Source of the DNA: a virus
Taxonomy: Duplodnaviria; Heunggongvirae; Uroviricota; Caudoviricetes
Virus record (IMG/VR): IMGVR_UViG_2648501150_000029
Reading direction: 5' to 3' (one strand)
DNA length: 6,469 nt
In this document: positions 5,477 to 6,469 of the stretch, one piece after another
How positions within the stretch are numbered: the first letter of the stretch is position 1
How the letters are laid out: the number at the start of each line of letters is the position of its first letter
Notes under the pieces: model-generated
Databases searched by the model: none
Told to the model about the DNA's origin: nothing
What the model saw: the letters and a program-made list of their open reading frames with translations, nothing else
Position numbers and translations under genes: made by a program

Positions 5477-6301
5477 TCAGGCGGTGAAAGTACCAATAAA
5501 GGTTTCTACTTTGCTGTCCTTGAATTTCTCAACAAGCAGATCACGAAATTCGTTAGCCATTTCTTCCTGCACCGCCTCCAGCTGAATAATGCGCAGAACC
5601 AGTACAGGACGATCGCCAGTGATAATGCTGAGGCGTAATTTAAACGGACGTTCTTTCAGACCTTCAAACGGAACGCATTTAAATTCAAATGCCACTGGCA
5701 TAATGTCTTTGGTCTTCGCTTCGACAGACTCCATCAGGGAGCGTTTGCCGCTGAAGTCATTGTCTTCAAAATCAGCGGTCTGGTTCGCTTCAATTGTGAT
5801 TTTACGGATCGCCGCAGCCGCTTTGGTTGCCTGAATGGCGTCACCATTAGCATCAAAGCCCACAAGGTAGTCTGCCCAGTCTTCAATCCATTCTGCCAGT
5901 GACTTCTGGGAGTTACGCTCGCCATTAACAGACAACAGAGCAGAGAACGGTGCTGTCTTTTTCAGTTTGAGAGTGGCGGTGTTATCTGCGTGACCTGGTT
6001 CATCAATAGTACCCAGGTTAAGCACACTGACGGCTCGCATATTATCGGCATCGATAAAGCAGCGGGTGCCTTCATCTGCAAGATCTTTAGAATAACGGGT
6101 AAAGTCATCGATGCTGGCAGTGGAAAGTGCACCACGGAAACGGAAACGATTTAAATTAAATTTTTCCAGATCATGAATGCGGAAATTCTCAGGCAATGCC
6201 ACAGCATCGGCACCAATCTTACTGATAATTTCATTAACACCCTGAGCAGAAATAAGGGCATGGATTTGATTAATTGCGGTTGAGTCTAAGTTCTGAGACA
6301 T
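5477..6301 (-). CDS. yfdQ: DUF2303-family prophage protein YfdQ, 274 aa
   Basis: ATG at 6301-6299 with GAGG 8 nt upstream; stop TGA 5479-5477. Product [70 protein letters not shown]... matches in length and N-terminus what I recall of E. coli CPS-53 YfdQ. Identity is from recall. Confidence 0.75.
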   Translation of the reverse strand: MSQNLDSTAINQIHALISAQGVNEIISKIGADAVALPENFRIHDLEKFNLNRFRFRGALSTASIDDFTRYSKDLADEGTRCFIDADNMRAVSVLNLGTIDEPGHADNTATLKLKKTAPFSALLSVNGERNSQKSLAEWIEDWADYLVGFDANGDAIQATKAAAAIRKITIEANQTADFEDNDFSGKRSLMESVEAKTKDIMPVAFEFKCVPFEGLKERPFKLRLSIITGDRPVLVLRIIQLEAVQEEMANEFRDLLVEKFKDSKVETFIGTFTA

Positions 6302-6366
6302 AATAAGTCCTCACTATATTAAGATATTCAGTGATGAGATAAATAATCAGTTAATTAAGAACGATA

Positions 6367-6469
6367 TTAATGACCTGCTGCGCGGAGTTTTCCGTCAGGT
6401 TCACCGGCAAGAGTCAGTAATTGTCCCTGGTCTTCCTGCAGAATAGTCAGGCGACCACCGCGATTGACA
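6367..6469 (-). CDS. 3' end of the upstream prophage gene (YfdP-like by position), 5'-truncated by the window edge
   Basis: Minus-strand open frame running into the window end, terminating ...VNRGGRLTILQEDQGQLLTLAGEPDGKLRAAGH* at TAA 6369-6367. Named only by position upstream of yfdQ. Confidence 0.4.
   Translation of the reverse strand, partial: VNRGGRLTILQEDQGQLLTLAGEPDGKLRAAGH

Larger units (their letters stand above)
2761..6469 (-). mobile_element. Terminal segment of a KplE1/CPS-53-like prophage (excisionase end); continues beyond the window
   Basis: A single-direction, tightly packed operon with start/stop overlaps whose gene content and order (yfdP-like, yfdQ, yfdR, yfdS, YfdT-position protein, exonuclease, excisionase-like) mirror the right arm of the K-12 CPS-53 prophage as I recall it. 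The integrase and the other attachment site are not in the window. Confidence 0.6.

Noticed and set aside
3715-5925. ORFs 3715..3960, 3902..4162, 3990..4184, 4085..4411, 4320..4502, 4898..5083, 5025..5279, 5589..5834 and 5734..5925
   Set aside because: All are nested within or antisense to the long, tightly coupled minus-strand prophage genes; none has an RBS, and the translations are Ser/Arg/Pro-rich in the way typical of non-coding frames.
1-6469. CRISPR arrays, tRNA/rRNA genes, IS elements with terminal inverted repeats
   Set aside because: No regularly spaced direct repeats, no tRNA-like cloverleaf candidates and no transposase-like ORFs were seen on either strand.

Overview
The window looks like an Escherichia/Shigella-type chromosome running from conserved backbone into an accessory region. 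Backbone (about 1-1100): the 3' end of a dinF-like MATE transporter gene (+), the small stress gene yjbJ (+), and the zinc uptake regulator zur (-), convergent with yjbJ. From about 1250 the base composition turns AT-rich and a compact plus-strand cassette follows: a Panacea/DUF4065-type gene (1512-2084), a partner gene (2081-2500) whose start overlaps its stop by 4 nt, a 57-aa gene with a strong Shine-Dalgarno (2540-2713), and a bidirectional intrinsic terminator (2733-2758). The rest of the window (2761 to the end) is a tightly packed minus-strand operon that I read as one end of a KplE1/CPS-53-like prophage: a yfdP-like 3' end, yfdQ (DUF2303), yfdR (HD-domain), yfdS, a 269-aa Cys-rich protein, a full-length DEDDh 3'-5' exonuclease and a PrtN-type excisionase-like gene. 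The best candidate for an undescribed system is the Panacea-domain/partner pair (possibly three genes), sitting between the prophage excisionase end and the host zur gene. All family assignments are from reading motifs by eye and from recalled synteny; no database search was possible.
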